DNA of 64,000 nucleotides, from assembly GCA_964016885.1 (NCBI GenBank), contig OZ024743.1:68138001-68202000 (forward strand). The letters are read 5' to 3'. The translations under genes and the position numbers were made by a program. Position 1 is the stretch's first letter. Every line of letters begins with the position of its first letter. This document shows, piece by piece, positions 12,955 through 26,967 of the stretch. The DNA is from Eledone cirrhosa. Lineage: Eukaryota. The notes beneath the pieces were generated by a model. That model did not search any database. It was given only the letters and a program-made list of their open reading frames with translations, and was not told the DNA's origin.

Positions 12955-13218
12955 GATAAATCTACCAAGAGTTTACGGTAGTGTCCAATCCGTATGGTAA
13001 GGAACCAGATGAACCATAACGCACCAGCGTACTCAATACTTGGGGTAGTAGAGTGGGAATAGGAAATAGTATGACCCCGACGGCATAGCTCAAGCCGTTT
13101 CGACGGCTATTTCTGGACTAAATTAGAATATGTAGGAGAGTTTGATGGTGTTTTAGTTAATTATGTTGTGGTAGCGGTGTTTTAGTGGGAATTGTTTTTT
13201 GTGGATTTTATAGAGGAT

Positions 13219-13749
13219 TTACCCGATAGGTTTTGCCACCTCGGCATCATGGGGAAGATTGAACCACGTTACGTTGCCTGAGCGGCGGTGTCGCCTGCTG
13301 GTTCCGTTAAGGGAAGCAGCATAAAAGGATATTTCCTCCCGGAAGCCAATCCGCTTGAGCGCCTGGTTGTAATGAGGCGCGTGTTCGTCGAATATCTGCT
13401 TATTAACGGACAAACGAGATATGCGGAGGGAGATGTTTTTAACCAGGTTATTGGTGATGTTTCTAGGATGGTTATTGGTGATGTTTCTAGGATGGTTAGA
13501 GCGGCGGTGGATATAGTGCAGGTTGTCGTTTGGTTTCCTGTATGGGTAGTACAGATCATTTTCGGCGTTAAGGGTAACGTCCAGGAAACTTACTCGGGTT
13601 AGGGACATTTGTAGGGTGATTTTAAATCCCCAGTCCCGGAAGAAGTTGATTAGTTGTTTACGGACCCGGTCTGTACTACTGGGGTTGTATCCTTTGATGG
13701 TGAGGATCCCATCATGCCGGTACAATCCACTGCCGAATGCAGGAAACAT
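13219..13749 (-). pseudogene. Naiad-like PLE RT fragment
   Basis: [40 protein letters not shown]; 21-bp internal duplication (NHPRNIT x2). Confidence 0.85.
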
Positions 13750-13786
13750 TACGGTGAATTAAATAGTAGGAATAATCCTATATATA

Positions 13787-13914
<128 letters not shown>

Positions 13915-13940
13915 CATACCCCCGACTGAACCCGTGATAA

Positions 13941-13984
<44 letters not shown>

Positions 13985-13987
<3 letters not shown>

Positions 13988-14140
13988 TTTATCCCGGGTT
14001 CAATGGGGAGTAACCACAGTAAGTAAGGTACTCAATACATAGCAGAGTATAATTATTTAATATAGAAATGACTTGTACAGGATTATTACTGCTTCATTCC
14101 GGAGATATCATCAGGATATATCATATACATTGAAATCACA
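13985..14140 (-). mobile_element. pLTR fragment with decayed HHR (14071-14119), related to 54445-54570
   Basis: CUGAUGA UAUCUCCGGAAU GAAG CAG..CUGUA; downstream GTATTGAGTACCTTACTTACTG shared with 54519. Confidence 0.6.
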
Positions 14141-14514
14141 TATATATATATGCAAGAAGCAAAGCAAATTTCAGTAATACGAAACATTTCCTGGTGGAAG
14201 TTCAGGTATACTCCGGGTTGGTATCCAGTTTCGGGTTGAAAATCCAATTTGAAAATCCAACGGTTATTTCTGTTTACCTTTTACATACATATATATTTAT
14301 CAACACCGAGCCACACTGCAGCCCTAATGAACTCTCGCAGAAACATAAATCGCTATACATATATAAAATTGTTTTTAGTTCACTTATTCATATTTATGTG
14401 TACTTAGTAAAATGTCACAGTTATATTTATATTTACGCACCAGGTTTGTTGGTTACCTCGTTTATTACTGAATCCATTACTATAGCGCTTTCCTTCACTT
14501 GGCGACAATAATTT

Positions 14515-14703
14515 AAGTAGCTTGGCAGTATCGGTAGAGTGTGTGACGCCATGCTTTGCAGCAAAAGAGTTATAGTCCTTTATGGTCTGAGTTCAAATCC
14601 CGCCGATGTTAACTTTGCTTTCATCCTTACGGGGTCGATAAAATAAAGTACCCGTAATACACTGGGATAATTGCTGGCTTTGTGCCAAAAGTAGAAACAA
14701 TTG
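14515..14703 (+). mobile_element. tRNA-derived SINE with Meta-domain-like core
   Basis: TGGCAGTATCGG A box, GAGTTCAAATCC B box, CTTTCATCCTTACGGGGTCGATAAAATAAAGTAC core. Confidence 0.8.
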
Positions 14704-14709
14704 TTACAA

Positions 14710-15035
14710 AAGGTGTGAACCGTGTGGTTTAGACTTTAGGGTATTCGGTTCAGGACCCTATGACATTGATGACATTTCCGGCGGCGTGTTGTTTCCTAGA
14801 GTAAATCACTTTATTTCACGTTGCTCCAGACCACACAGCTAGCGAAACTGAGTTGTATCTGTATTTTGAAGGGCCCCAATTTGTCACAGTATCTCACGCT
14901 GAATCTTTCTGTGAACTACGTTAAAGGAACGTGTGTCTGCTGAATACTCAGACACTTTCACGTTAATTTAAAGAGCAGCCTGTTTCCTTGATTGTATCAT
15001 GTGCTTCCCTCGTTGTTGTAACCGACGGAAAGCAT
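14710..15035 (+). mobile_element. Diverged CORE-type SINE
   Basis: CACTTTATTTCACGTTGCTCC core shared with the 53487 copy. Confidence 0.55.
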
Positions 15036-15379
15036 GTTAATTATAAAAGCTTATATTCTAATTCATGAGAAACAACAATTTACACAAATACTTATTCCTG
15101 AAAATAATCACGATATTCATAGGATTTTTTGATCGACCATGTGAGGAAATTGACCTTAATCACCTGAGATGGAGAAAGACAATATTATGCCATATGTAAA
15201 TAGGATGTGTTAGTCATTTGGGTGCAGGAAAACATCATTCGAAGATCTTTACATTTGAGCAGGTGCGTGATGAAATATTGTGGACAAACTAAAGTTTTTC
15301 TGTAAGACAACTTCATTGATATCTACACCGGAGAACCTACCTCGGTCAAGCTCGAAGGTATTTTGATAACATGAAATGT

Positions 15380-15670
15380 AGGTTCATATATGAATGGATG
15401 ACAAAACACACCGGGAAGTTACTAAGTTTAGTGCAAAAGCAAAGTGCATATTCTGGCACTTACGAAAGGAAGAATTTAGAAACATCCACAGGAAGAAACC
15501 GTTGGTTTTAACGATTTAAAAAACGGCGTAACCTACCCGAGACTATGTTTAATGAAACCGTGTGTGCAGAACCTTAAGTAGCAGGAAATGGTCTCATGTT
15601 CTTAAGAGTGACAATTTCCCACCGCAATTTTTATTCAATGAAGATGAAACATGCCTTTATCTGTGAAATA
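15380..15670 (+). pseudogene. pogo/Tigger transposase relic
   Basis: Translates to RWF*RFKKRRNL (CENP-B-type HTH) and LFNEDETCLY (first D of the DDD triad). Confidence 0.65.
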
Positions 15671-15950
15671 GTTCCAACACGGTTAAGAGAAAATATTTTT
15701 TACTTTTTTTTTTGTCTCTATATTTGTCGATTCCGCTTCATGAAACCTCAAGCTAAAGCTTATGTTAATTTTTCTATCAGAAAAACTCGGACTATAGAGA
15801 CAATTAATTGCTTAACGAGTGGTGTGGATGTACAACTGGAAGGTGAGGGTGATAAAAATGATTAAGATTTTTTTTGTCGTGTTGGTTTTTCATTATCTTG
15901 TCAAAGTGAAGAAATATTGTGAAAAGTATAACTGAAGGCATTGATGTTGT

Positions 15951-16166
15951 TTAACCTTTTAGTATCCATATTACTCTATATTTACTATTGTGTTTCCACA
16001 GAAAAGGCTATAACTCACATAATATCGAATCTATAAGATTTTGATATCATTTATTTTGAGAACAATACCTTAAAGTCAGTTTGAGGTGCCAGTTATGGCT
16101 GGTTTGACCCGAAATAGGTGAGGGAATTCTGGCCTGATACGGCCGGTTTAAATTCTAAATGGTTAA
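15951..16166. mobile_element. piggyBac-type MITE
   Basis: TTAA-CCTTTTAG ... CTAAATGG-TTAA termini. Confidence 0.5.
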
Positions 16167-16976
16167 TACTACTCGAGGCCCCACCAAATATATGGTATAT
16201 GGACACCTCTCAGAGATACATTTCTGTAAAAGTACCGTACCTAGTAAGAAAAACCTCTACTTTACTTGATCCAGCCCATGGATCAGCCTAAAAGTTTGAA
16301 TGTCAAGACCTACTACCTTCTACACATTTTAAATAACTTGCTGAAGAAATTAATCGCTAACTGAAAAAAACCTACATGAACCTTTGATTATGAATTCATT
16401 ACATCACGAAAGCTATACTTAAAATGAAAGAACCTAGGAATACAGACAACCACATACAATCACACATATATACATGTACACACAAACACATACAATCACA
16501 CATATATACATGTACACACACCCATATACACAGACTGAAACCTCGTATATACATAGATGAGAGAGAGAGAAGGTGAGGGTGATTTGGTGTATATGATTCC
16601 TGTTGTTTGTCATTATGTAGGAACACAAAGTCTTTAAAATAATTACTTACAGTTTAGTTAAGATGGTTTACAAACAAACCATCCAACTGACATTAATTTT
16701 TCTGTTGTTTTAAAACAGTTTCTCATGTAATACTTCTATCTAGACTTCTTTCTACTTCTATTACCTCACACCCCACCCTGTTTCACTTACTCCTTGTCTA
16801 TATATCAACTTCACCCTCCTCCTCTCTTGTTATAAAGTATCGTCACTTTAACTCCATCACCTTCGCTGTATTTAGCAAAAACTCCCCATTAATGTTTAAA
16901 TCAGCCATCATACACAAACACAATCACATATGTATATTATACAAACAAACATACATTTATATATGTATCTATATCT

Positions 16977-17007
<31 letters not shown>

Positions 17008-17071
17008 AATATATATATGTATGTGTGTGTGTGTATATGTATATATTTATATATGTATATAAATAAATAAA

Positions 17072-17133
<62 letters not shown>

Positions 17134-17170
17134 TTTATTTATTTATATACATATATAAATATATACATAT

Positions 17171-17232
<62 letters not shown>

Positions 17233-17575
17233 ATATATATATACATACATATATGCATACATATATATGATTGTTCATATATGTATAAACAGGGGAAGTC
17301 TATCTGACAGTTACATCTCAAAAACTTATGTTCATAAATAAAGAACACCTACCACATTATCCCACTCCACTTCACCGACGATCGTTTCTACTTATTTTGT
17401 CACAAACAAAAACTACAACTTCATAAATTTAAGCTAAGTGTACTGGGAGACGGACTCCTTTACACATCCACATTAACATACATATACACACGAAAGCACC
17501 GACACAATTAGTTCGAATATATATATATATGAATTTATACACACACACACACATAAAAGCTCGCATATAGACACA

Positions 17576-17626
<51 letters not shown>

Positions 17627-18261
17627 GAAAATAGAGAAATTAATGTGAGCAAGAAGCCAACAGTAATTCATACATATAAGTGACTATTACGTCAAGATGG
17701 AAAATATTTAACCACAGATTTTGTGTAATCCAGGGGAAAAAACTAATAGAGTCTTAACTCAGGATAAAATTAAGGGTAAATACTTATCCTTCACTTTGGA
17801 AAAATCTACAAATGCCCTATATCGTCTTAAAAAGACTATTTCACGAACATTTTCAGTGGGGTTAGTCACGGTTATAATCGTTCATCGGTAGAGCTCAACA
17901 CGATAACTAAGAACCACAGCTAAAATATGCCAAAAGGGAATTTAAAAGCAGGCTAGTTACACCTCGTGTGGAATTAAGATAATAAACACACATGGAGAAC
18001 AGGGCTATTGACGTCAGAATGAGACGAATGACTGTTTACAAGAAACAGCAGTCAAAACATTCCGAAAAAACTCAACAAAAGGTATGGAGTTCTGCATAAA
18101 GCAATATTTTCGCGTTCTAAAAAAAAAAACCGGGATTAGTCAGAAATAATTTTAAGCACTCTCTCTATATATAATCAATCTACATATATATATATATATA
18201 TTTGTATATATATATATATACATATATACATATACATATGTATATATGTATATGTATATAC

Positions 18262-18362
<101 letters not shown>

Positions 18363-18567
18363 TATATACATATATATATATATATGTATATATATGTATA
18401 TATATATATGTACATATATATACATATACATATACATATGTATATATGTATATGTATATACATATATAATTAATTTAAATTAAGGGAGTCTTTAGAATTG
18501 CAACACGTGCGACGGGTCACTCACAGATTTGCATTTGATGTGTAAACACAGATAGTTAAATCTTCCC

Positions 18568-18650
18568 CCTTGCTGAACATCCAAGATTTGGCTACTGTGA
18601 CTTTACGGATTATTGATGACATATATTTCTTTAATGAAATATATACAAGG
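18568..18650 (+). ncRNA. Hammerhead ribozyme, core G8C mutated
   Basis: CCUUG CUGAACA ... GAAA UAUA UA CAAGG. Confidence 0.6.
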
Positions 18651-19112
18651 AGGATTAATCATTTTTAAAAAGGTAATATTTGAAGCTCTAGTTAAACTTT
18701 AGCTACCTACCTAGCTGTGTGTGAGTACACACTTTACAAATTATCTCCTGTGATTGTTTCATGTGTTTATTTTAAATATATATATATGTCAATCAATTTC
18801 TAGTTGATATAAACTGCTCAGATCTATTCATTGGAATCTTTGAGCTTATTCTACGGAGGATATGGCGCATTTCTCGGACATGATTCCCTTAATTTAATTT
18901 AATTTAATTTATTTTGCATATATAAAGTGCTCCTTAATTGTAGAGCTAAATCGGTTGAAAGGACTCGGCTACTATTTATAGCTGTCGATTACCCTATTCA
19001 TGCCAATGGGAGGACGCTAGCATGTTGTTAGTAGTTTTAGAATTGCAACACGTCCGATGGGTCACTCACAGATTTGCATTTGATGTGCAAACACAGATAG
19101 TTAAATCTTTCC

Positions 19113-19193
19113 CCTTGCTGAAGATCCATGATTTGACTACTATGACTACGGATTATTGGGGAAATATATTTCTTTAATGAAATATATACAAGG
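19113..19193 (+). ncRNA. Hammerhead ribozyme with long stem II region
   Basis: CCUUG CUGAAGA U..U GAAA UAUA UA CAAGG; perfect stem I, palindromic stem III. Confidence 0.72.
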
Positions 19194-19348
19194 AGGATTG
19201 ATCATTTTTAAAAGGTAATATTTGAAGATCTAGTTAAACTTTAATTAGTTACCTACCAATGTGTGATTACACACTTTACAAATTATCCCCTGTGATACTT
19301 ACATGCGTTTATTTTAAATATATATATATGTCAATCAATTTCTAGTTG

Positions 19349-19400
<52 letters not shown>

Positions 19401-19891
19401 ATAATAAAATTGAAGACTAAAATCCAAAGAGGGCTCGTATCTGTTTGCGTGTATGTATTTATTTGTTTCTATTACTTCTGTATTGTATTTATTTACTTTG
19501 TTCTTAACTCTGTAGCGGAGATTCATTTGGTCTCCTAGTTAGAATTTTAGTCTACGACTTCTGCTATACCATTTACGTGGTTTTGTCTTTGCATGCTATC
19601 GTTCTCTATGCTCCACATATGACTTATTATCTTCGTTTTTTCGTTCATTACCAGAGAACGTCTCTATGCACCACCTAAGAGAACATTAGTCTACGACCTC
19701 TTTTATACCATAAACGTAGTTCTGTCTTTGCGCGTAATTGTTTTTCACCGCTCCTATTAATGACGTATTATTATTGTTTTCCCTTTCTTTGCTAGGGAAT
19801 GTTTCCACGAACCAAAGTATCGTCTTCCTGTCTTCCTCCGGTTGAAACGTTTTTTGAAATATCCAGTTCCGCGTTTATGATTGACTTTGTT

Positions 19892-19942
19892 AGTTTCAGA
19901 AGATCCCGTTAATGGTGAAAGCAGAGATTCATTGCTTAAACT
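19892..19942 (+). ncRNA. Hammerhead ribozyme relic (U4A); 3' part also at 2587-2629
   Basis: AGUUU CAGAAGA U CCC-GUUAA-UGG U GAAA GCA..UGC UU AAACU. Confidence 0.6.
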
Positions 19943-19962
19943 TTAATCTGTTATTTTAATAA

Positions 19963-20039
<77 letters not shown>

Positions 20040-20269
20040 AGTATGCATGTATACGTACATACATATATGTATACAGACGTACAGTAGCATGCACATATAT
20101 ATATATATATACATATGCATACAGGTACACATACATATATGCACGTATCAGTTTAGCGGCGCTTATTATAACGTCGCTTTGTTCATTTGTAAACAAACTG
20201 AACAGCCTGAATTTATGCCATACGGTGTTAAGGCAACCACGTCACCTTTTTGTTCAACACTGACACAGG

Positions 20270-20314
20270 AACGATGTACTAGTTTCAAGCTTGTTAGCTA
20301 TCATCAGCACCGTT
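20270..20314 (-). ncRNA. Minimal hammerhead ribozyme
   Basis: AACGGUG CUGAUGA U-AGC-UAACAA-GCU-U GAAA C-UA-G UA CAUCGUU. Confidence 0.85.
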
Positions 20315-20741
20315 TACCCATCTGCCAGATAGTTGAACGTTCGAAAGTATATACTTTCCTTATGAAAATTAATGGCTGAGTAGCCTAATTTGCATATTGA
20401 GTGAGTTAAATCGGTCAGGCATACCGAAAACGATAAATTGAAACAAAATGAAAACGAAATTTCATTTCTCACTCTTAGTATGGCACTTACTTAAATGTAA
20501 GTATGCATGTATACGTACATACATATATGTATACAGACGTACAGTAGCATGCACATATACATATATATATACATATATATATACATATGCATACAGGTAC
20601 ACATACATATATGCACGTATCAGTTTAGCGGCGCTTATTATAACGTCGCTTTGTTCATTTGTAAACAAACTGAACAGCCTGAATTTATGCCATACGGTGT
20701 TAAGGCAACCACGTCACCTTTTTGTTCAACACTGACACAGG

Positions 20742-20786
20742 AACGATGTACTAGTTTCAAGCTTGTTAGCTATCATCAGCACCGTT
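20742..20786 (-). ncRNA. Minimal hammerhead ribozyme
   Basis: Identical to 20270-20314, 472 nt away. Confidence 0.85.
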
Positions 20787-20965
20787 TACCCATCTGCCAG
20801 ATAGTTGAACGTTCGAAAGTATATACTTTCCTTATGAAAATTAATGGCTGAGTAGCCTAATTTGCATATTGAGTGAGTTAAATCGGTCAGGCATACCTAC
20901 TCAGCCATTAATTTTCATAAGGAAGGTATATACTTTCGAACGTTCAACTATCTGGCAGATGGGTA

Positions 20966-21010
20966 AACGGTGCTGATGATAGCTAACAAGCTTGAAACTA
21001 GTACATCGTT
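20966..21010 (+). ncRNA. Minimal hammerhead ribozyme
   Basis: CTGATGA 20973-20979, GAAA 20994-20997, GTA 21001-21003, 7-bp stem I. Confidence 0.85.
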
Positions 21011-21954
21011 CCTGTGTCAGTGTTGAACAAAAAGGTGACGTGGTTGCCTTAACACCGTATGGCATAAATTCAGGCTGTTCTGTTTGCTGACAAATGAACA
21101 AAGCGACGTTATAATAAGCGCCGCTAAACTGATACGTGCATATATGTATGTGTACCTGTATGCATATGTATATATATATGTATATATATATATATATGTG
21201 CATGCTACTGTACGTCTGTATACATATATGTATGTACGTATACATGCATACTTACATTTAAGTAAGTGCCATACTAAGAGTGAGAAATGAAATTTCGTTT
21301 TCATTTTGTTTCAATTTATATATATGTATATAACTAGAAATTGATTGACATATATATATATTTAAAATATATATAATAAATAAATATATATATATATATA
21401 TATTTAAAATTTATATAATAAATAAATATATATATATATATATATACATATATCGTATCCTTCATAAATGCTCAATGTCTTACATTATTGTGTCACTATC
21501 CTGTTATTGTTGAAACACCATATTTAACTTCAATTATAATATAAATGTATAATGAGGACCGCGAACTACACTATGTCCTTATATAACCATTTTGGAATTC
21601 GATACGAACAACGCTGCCTCCCGTCGATTCAATCATCTAAGTTGAATTCATAAATGGTAACTAAAGAATAACATCACACCATATATATGAATAATTATTG
21701 CAAAGGGTTAACGTTATCTAGGCGAAAGAATCACCTGTTCTGGTTTATCCTTTTTTTTACGATGGAATCATTTAAAATTTCCCTGTCAAGAAGATCTTAC
21801 TTAATTAAAATGCCAAATATTTTATCTATTGCTATGATAAATGCTATTCAAAATGTTGAAATTCTTATATTCATCCTTGACATCACTTTGTTTTATCATT
21901 CTAATTATTCTCCAAGCCTACAAAATTGTACTTTTATTAGTTTTTGTTCATAAC

Positions 21955-22510
21955 ATGAGGGCGGAAGATTGGCAGGATCGTTAGTGTCTTGGGGAAAATG
22001 CCTATTGTTATTTGTAAGGAGACTATATATTTTGAGTTCAAATTTGCCGAGGTCAGCTCTGATTTTCATCCATTCAGGATTCGATAAAAATAAAAGTATC
22101 AGTTGTATACTGGTTTACTTAATTTCCCCCCGCAGCCACATTGCAGGCCTTTTGCTGAACTTAGGAAATATTATTGAGACAACCTACGGTGGTGGATTGG
22201 CAGAATCTTTCGAGTGTAACACAAAATGTTTTATAGCAATTAAGTACAATCGAAATTTTGCTATTCCCACTCCAAAGTTTGACCTTGTGCCGAAATTAGA
22301 AGTCATTATTTATATCATTTCAGGTGGATTGGCAGTATCGGTAGAGGGTCGGACGCCATACTTTCCAGCATAGTTACGTCCCTTTACGATCTGAGTTCAA
22401 ATCCTGCCGAGGTTGACTTTGCCTTTCATCCTTACGGGGTCGATAAAATAAAGTACCAGCAATGCACTGGTTAATTGCTGGCCTTCTGCCTAAAGTATAA
22501 ACAATTATTT
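21955..22510 (+). mobile_element. Cluster of Meta-like SINE copies (best copy 22322-22510)
   Basis: Repeated GATTGGCAG head and GCCTTTCATCCTTACGGGGTCGATAAAATAAAGTACC core. Confidence 0.75.
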
Positions 22511-22964
22511 ACCTCCCCTTACCATTGATTAACCTTAGTTATTAGTATTTCAGCTTCCTATTATTTAACTTTCTTTAGATTATAGAACTATTTGTGTAAC
22601 TTACGAAACGCCATAATGTGATAATTATTCGATTCTGCTTACAATTAGGAATATTTTGCCACATTATTTCATTTATAGCCAGAGTCGTATATAGGCAGAA
22701 TTGTTATTGTGTCAGATGTAATGCATTGCCTTTGCAGTATTTTGTCACAGCCCTCTACGTTCTCGTCTAAATACATTATAGCGGAGGTTAATAACACAAA
22801 TACCAGTCAAGTATTGAAATCAATACAATCGAGTTTCCCTCCCAACACTATCGATAGTGTTGTGCCAAATTTAGAAATAATTACTTCATGTATACAAAGA
22901 TGGTGTGTTAGCGAAATCTTTGCAGCGTTGGACAAAATATATCGCGGCCATTTACATTCGTAGC

Positions 22965-23053
22965 TGTTGCTGCTGTTACTCTACTACTACTACTACTGCT
23001 GCTGATGATGATGATGATACTACGACTACTACTACTGCTGCTACTGCTGCAGA

Positions 23054-23102
<49 letters not shown>
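22965..23102. repeat. (CTA/CTG)n microsatellite
   Basis: Direct reading. Confidence 0.9.
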
Positions 23103-23103
<1 letters not shown>

Positions 23104-23104
23104 A

Positions 23105-24125
23105 TGTTGGCAGTAGATTGACATAATCATCAGAATGTCGAGCAAATGCTTAGCAGACCATTGTTCCGATTTTTACATTATAAATTCCGATTAAACTGAG
23201 TTAAACTTCTTCTATATAACCCTCTGGGGTCGATAGAATAAAGTACTAATCACAGACTATATAAAGACAACCAACTTTTCTTGCCACAAATTGTAGGGTT
23301 TGTACCTAAAAGAGAAATCAATATTTTAAGCTACCATTATACATAATTCTATTTACTTAATTCAAAATTCCCTATTAAATAATAATTCTTAGTAACTGCT
23401 TACTTCTAACAATGTTTAGCCTCCATTGGGTTGGCAGTATCGGTAGAGGGTCGGACACCATGCTTTGACGCATAGAGTTACGGCCCTTGCCATTCTGAGT
23501 TCAAATCACACCGAGGTTAACTTTGTCTTTGATCCTTACAGGGTCGATAAAATAAAGTACTAGTAATGCACTGGGATATTTGCTGGCCTTGTGCCAAAAG
23601 TAGAAACAATTATATCTTGTTTAACTTTGCCTTTCACCCTTACGGCGTCGATAAACTAAAGTACCAGTAATGTACTGAGTATTTGCTGGCCTTGTGCCAA
23701 AAGTAGAAACAATTATTTTTTCTATGCTGTGAATTGGCAGTATCGGTAGAGGGTCGCACGCCATGCTTTCCAGCATAGTTACGTCCATTTACGGTCTGAG
23801 TTCAAATCCCACCGAGGTTAACTTTGCCTTTCATCCTTACGGGGTCGATAAAATAAAGTACCAGTAATACACTTGAATAATTGCTGGCCTTGTGCCAAAA
23901 GTAGAAACTATTATTTCTTCTATGGTAAGGGCGGTGAATTGGCAGTATCTGTAGAGGGTCGGACACCATACTTTGACGCATAGAGTTATGGCCCTTGCCA
24001 TTCTGAGTTGAAATCCCGCCGAGTTTAACTTTGCCTTTCATCCTTACGTGGTATATAAAATAAAGTACCAATAATATACTGGGATAATTGCCGGCCTTGT
24101 GCCAAAAGTAGAAACAATTATTTTT
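23105..24125 (+). mobile_element. Head-to-tail array of Meta-like SINEs (23105-23325, 23428-23612, 23618-23718 half, 23728-23915, 23930-24125)
   Basis: A/B boxes, Meta-like core and GGCCTTGTGCCAAAAGTAGAAACAATTA tail repeated. Confidence 0.85.
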
Positions 24126-24299
24126 TCTATGCTATGTCAATTTTTTGCAATGAATTACTAATGATAACTAAATCAATTGATCTTTAAACTTATATTATCT
24201 TACTTTAGATTAATATTGTTCAGTTACCTAATACTAAAATAACTCGTTTTCGAACATCCTCCATTCGTTAACATTGATAAATGTCTTTTTCCATATGTA

Positions 24300-24535
24300 T
24301 TTGTATGTTTATCTTCTTGTTCGTCGCCCATTTATTCCAGAGAGGTTCATCGGGTCAGTGTCCTCAAACACTCCTTCCAGTGGTCCTGTCAGAAACAACC
24401 GTCTCCAACTAATCCGGTTGGGTCTCCATGTGAGACCAGCCAAAATCATGGATATTATCCAACCATCTTGCTCGGGGTCTAACCGTGGGTGACCTGCCGG
24501 TTGGATTTGTCCGTAAAATCTGTCCATCGATTCTT
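24300..24535 (-). mobile_element. RTE-type LINE 3' fragment
   Basis: Minus frame [32 protein letters not shown] resembles the RTE C-terminal GRPRxRWxD motif. Confidence 0.65.
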
Positions 24536-24582
24536 TTATGAGACATTCTAACCACAGGCACCATAATGTATACATATATATA

Positions 24583-24622
<40 letters not shown>

Positions 24623-24627
24623 TATAC

Positions 24628-25315
<688 letters not shown>

Positions 25316-25679
25316 ATGTATGTACGTATGTATGTGTGTGTGTGTGCGTGAGTGTGTGTATGTGTGTGTGTAAAACATCTGATGAAATGCTTTATTATAT
25401 TGGTTCCAGCTCTCATCTCTCTCAGGTCACATGCCGCCGACGTAAAATTTGCCTTTCATACTTCCGAAGTTGATTAGAAGAATGTACCTGTACCTTACTG
25501 GGATCGATTCGTGCTCTATATTTGTTTCTCACTTCATCTTGTTCATTATCATTGTTTACTGTGGAATACATTGGCGGGATTCAACGTGGAGCCAGGATGT
25601 TGTTCGCCAAGTTTTAATTAGTACATAAGAAATACCGTATATCACTGCAGCACTCTACGATTCTATCAAAAATTAAGAG

Positions 25680-25721
<42 letters not shown>

Positions 25722-25860
25722 AACTGCTTTAGCGATTCAATGTGAAACGGGATATGCTAAGCATGTGTTTACGATATATATAAATATGTTTATGCATATA
25801 CAGGCAATAAGTAGATGCACACACACACACACATGTATACGAACACGCACACATATATAT

Positions 25861-25907
<47 letters not shown>

Positions 25908-25940
25908 TAAATAATTACCTTATGTTGTTTATTACATAAC

Positions 25941-25973
<33 letters not shown>

Positions 25974-26205
25974 ACATGTATACATATATACACAGAGAGA
26001 GAAAGAAAGAAGGAGAAAATGGATGAAAATGTGTTAGATGAAAATACAACGAGGTATTGCAAATGTAAGCAACAGCGTCATGACAATTATTTGATGTAAA
26101 ATAAAACAAATTAAATATTGAATTGTTCACCATCCTCTCTATTTCTGATATAATTATTATGTTGTAGATGGTGAGCTACAGAAAATAACATGTCTTGAAA
26201 TTAGC

Positions 26206-26242
<37 letters not shown>

Positions 26243-26247
<5 letters not shown>

Positions 26248-26967
26248 AATTAAGTTAAAGTGTACATCTACATATGTATACGGAAGTACTAGTATGCATA
26301 TAAATACACATATGTATACACATGTACATGTACCGAGCTTTTCACTATACACTTTACAGTGAGTGTCCAGCTAGTCTGTATGTAAACACACAGACGAACC
26401 GGGTTTTAAAGTCATACGGGTTTTCAAGGAAACACACTTCCTCTATCCTCCAGAGAGCCAGACAGGAATATTGGACTAGTTTCGATGTTATTACATCTCA
26501 TCAGCAATATATACCTATCTTCTGGCTTCTCCGGAGAATTGTAAAAGCACATATCGTTATATGCTTTTTCTATGAAAATCAGTAGTGGGCAGACTAATTT
26601 GCATAGAACGTGAGTCATTGTACGCGCCGGTTCAGCGGAAACGATAAAAACAAATAACGAAACGAAATTAAATTTCAATATTCCTGTCTGGCTCTCTGGA
26701 GAATAGAGGAAGTGTGTTTCCTTGAAAACCCGTATGACTTTAAAACCGGTTCGTCTGTGTGTTTACATACAGACTAGCTGGACACTCACTGTAAAGTGTC
26801 TAGTGAAAAGCTCGGTACATGTACATATGTATACATATGTGTATTTATATGCATACTAGTACTTCCGTATACATATGTAGATGTACACTTTAACTTAATT
26901 GTTTAAGCGTCAGTCATACAAAAGTGAGTTAGAAGCGAAACGAAATTTAATTTCGTTTCTTTATTTG

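Larger units (their letters stand above)
18470..19352 (+). mobile_element. Tandem ~543-nt HHR unit (family B), 1.6 copies in (TA)n
   Basis: 18491-18810 is repeated at 19036-19352; an HHR in each copy. Confidence 0.8.
20035..21319. mobile_element. Retrozyme-like array of ~470-nt HHR units (family A): two tandem minus copies plus one inverted copy
   Basis: 20035-20494 and 20495-20897 are direct; 20897-21319 is inverted; copies near-identical; TA flanks. Confidence 0.88.

Noticed and set aside
20047-21304. Repeated 95-114-aa ORFs in the family-A units
   Set aside because: They start in TA/CA repeats and I see no matching ORF in the diverged 5-kb and 26-kb copies; the conserved feature is RNA structure.
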